A stretch of DNA of 64,000 bases, from the NCBI RefSeq assembly GCF_009834535.1, contig NC_045707.1:6200001-6264000 (forward strand), written 5' to 3'. Position 1 is the first letter of the stretch; every line of letters begins with the position of its first letter. The stretch comes from Camelus ferus. Its lineage: Eukaryota. Position numbers and translations under genes: made by a program. A model generated the notes under the pieces. The model was not told the origin of the DNA. It searched no databases and worked only from the letters and a program-made list of their open reading frames with translations. Positions 62,800 to 64,000 of this stretch are shown one piece after another.

Positions 62800-63010
62800 C
62801 TCTGCTCTGTGGTTGGACAGACCTAGTTTCAAACACTGACTCCTCTGTTTGACCCTGGAGTCTCCAGTAGGTTATTTCACCTCTAAGGTTCTGTTTTTGT
62901 GCCTGTAAAATGGGCTTGATGACAGTATCTCCCTCCCTCGTGGGATGGGCTGTGAGGGTGTTTACATGGTGCCGTTTTTGTAGCGCACCCTCAGTAAATG
63001 TCAGCCAGGA
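62800..63010 (+). mobile_element. MIR SINE (further MIR relics near 4.5, 5.6, 17.9, 25.8, 27.9, 36.8, 38.2, 40.7, 42.9, 51.3, 53.4, 58.5 and 63.2 kb)
   Basis: ggacagacctagtttcaaacactgac...tttcacctctaagg...ctgtaaaatgggc; the other relics were recognised by the same core motif. Confidence 0.7.
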
Positions 63011-63482
63011 TTACAGATGAGGCTCCGATGGAGAAGCAGCACCCAGCATGAGGCATTGTGGGACTGGCTTGTTCCCTCACCACCACCATGTCCCAGTTAG
63101 TCCCCTGGTGGCATGCCCCTCACTGCTGGCCTTGGCTGAGGACTTGAGTGCCAGAGGGACCCTTGGAGATGATGTAGCCCAGGTCCTTCTACAAATAAGG
63201 AAACTGAGACCCAGAACAGGGAAGGGATTTGTTCTGGATCCACTCCCTGGCCAGGTGTCACAGAACTGGGCTCTGTCTCTGCTCCCTGTCTTTCTCTTGG
63301 GCCCGCCAGCTAAGGCTGTGGGCCACCATCCAAGCCTTTTGGAATGATTTGTAGAAGGCCTCCAGGAGAGGCCTGTCTTCAGAGCGCCAGCATTTCAGAG
63401 TCACAGGGGAGGAGGGGCTGTGGAGGGAGGAGGGCATGAGCGGACTGTGTTACTAATGCTGGTTATTGATTTGTCTCAATAG

Positions 63483-63605
<123 letters not shown>

Positions 63606-64000
63606 TAGGCAGCGGGCTGGCTGCCCTCAGGGAACCGGAGACCTCTTCCAGGCCTGCAGGAGCAGGGGGCTCGGGCGGGCGGGGGAATTGGATGACATCT
63701 CCGTCAGCCCTTCGGCTCCTCCTCCTTCGTTTTAAAATTAATTTTCATTGTGTCAAATTATACATTCTCAGTCTCTGTGTGAGAAATTAAAACAGTCCCT
63801 ACTGACCATCTCAGTAACCAGCATTTTAAGATTGACATGTTTCATCCTACACCTTCTTCTAAGCATTATGGTATTGCTTTTTGTTTTGCCTTTTTCCACA
63901 AGCATTATACCTTGTTGCACGGATAGCTGACATTTGATGGGCACATACCATGTGCCAGGCACCAGACTTGGCACTTTGCAGATACTACCTTACTCCTTGC

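Overview
Mammalian genomic DNA orthologous to the TOB2-PHF5A-ACO2 cluster (human 22q13.2). It is probably from a camelid, inferred only from its young tRNA-Ala-derived SINE family. The window holds TOB2 (- strand; single coding exon, start codon hidden in an N-run), PHF5A (- strand, 4 coding exons) and ACO2 exons 1-4 (+ strand, running off the window). PHF5A and ACO2 share a head-to-head CpG-island promoter, and ACO2 has a canonical 5' iron-responsive element whose stem contains the start codon. The rest is intronic or intergenic DNA rich in L1, L2, MIR, hAT and MaLR relics, plus six TSD-flanked young SINEs. The least expected items are: a 5'-truncated EEF1A1 retrocopy inserted in sense orientation in ACO2 intron 1; a promoter-like cassette (two ZNF143-type sites, GC box, TATA) inside TOB2 intron 1; and N-runs that fall almost only on exonic or multicopy sequence. 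I found no evidence for a novel protein-coding or prokaryote-type system. Nearly all ORF-track entries are spurious. Repeat family names and human comparisons are from memory, not from a database search.
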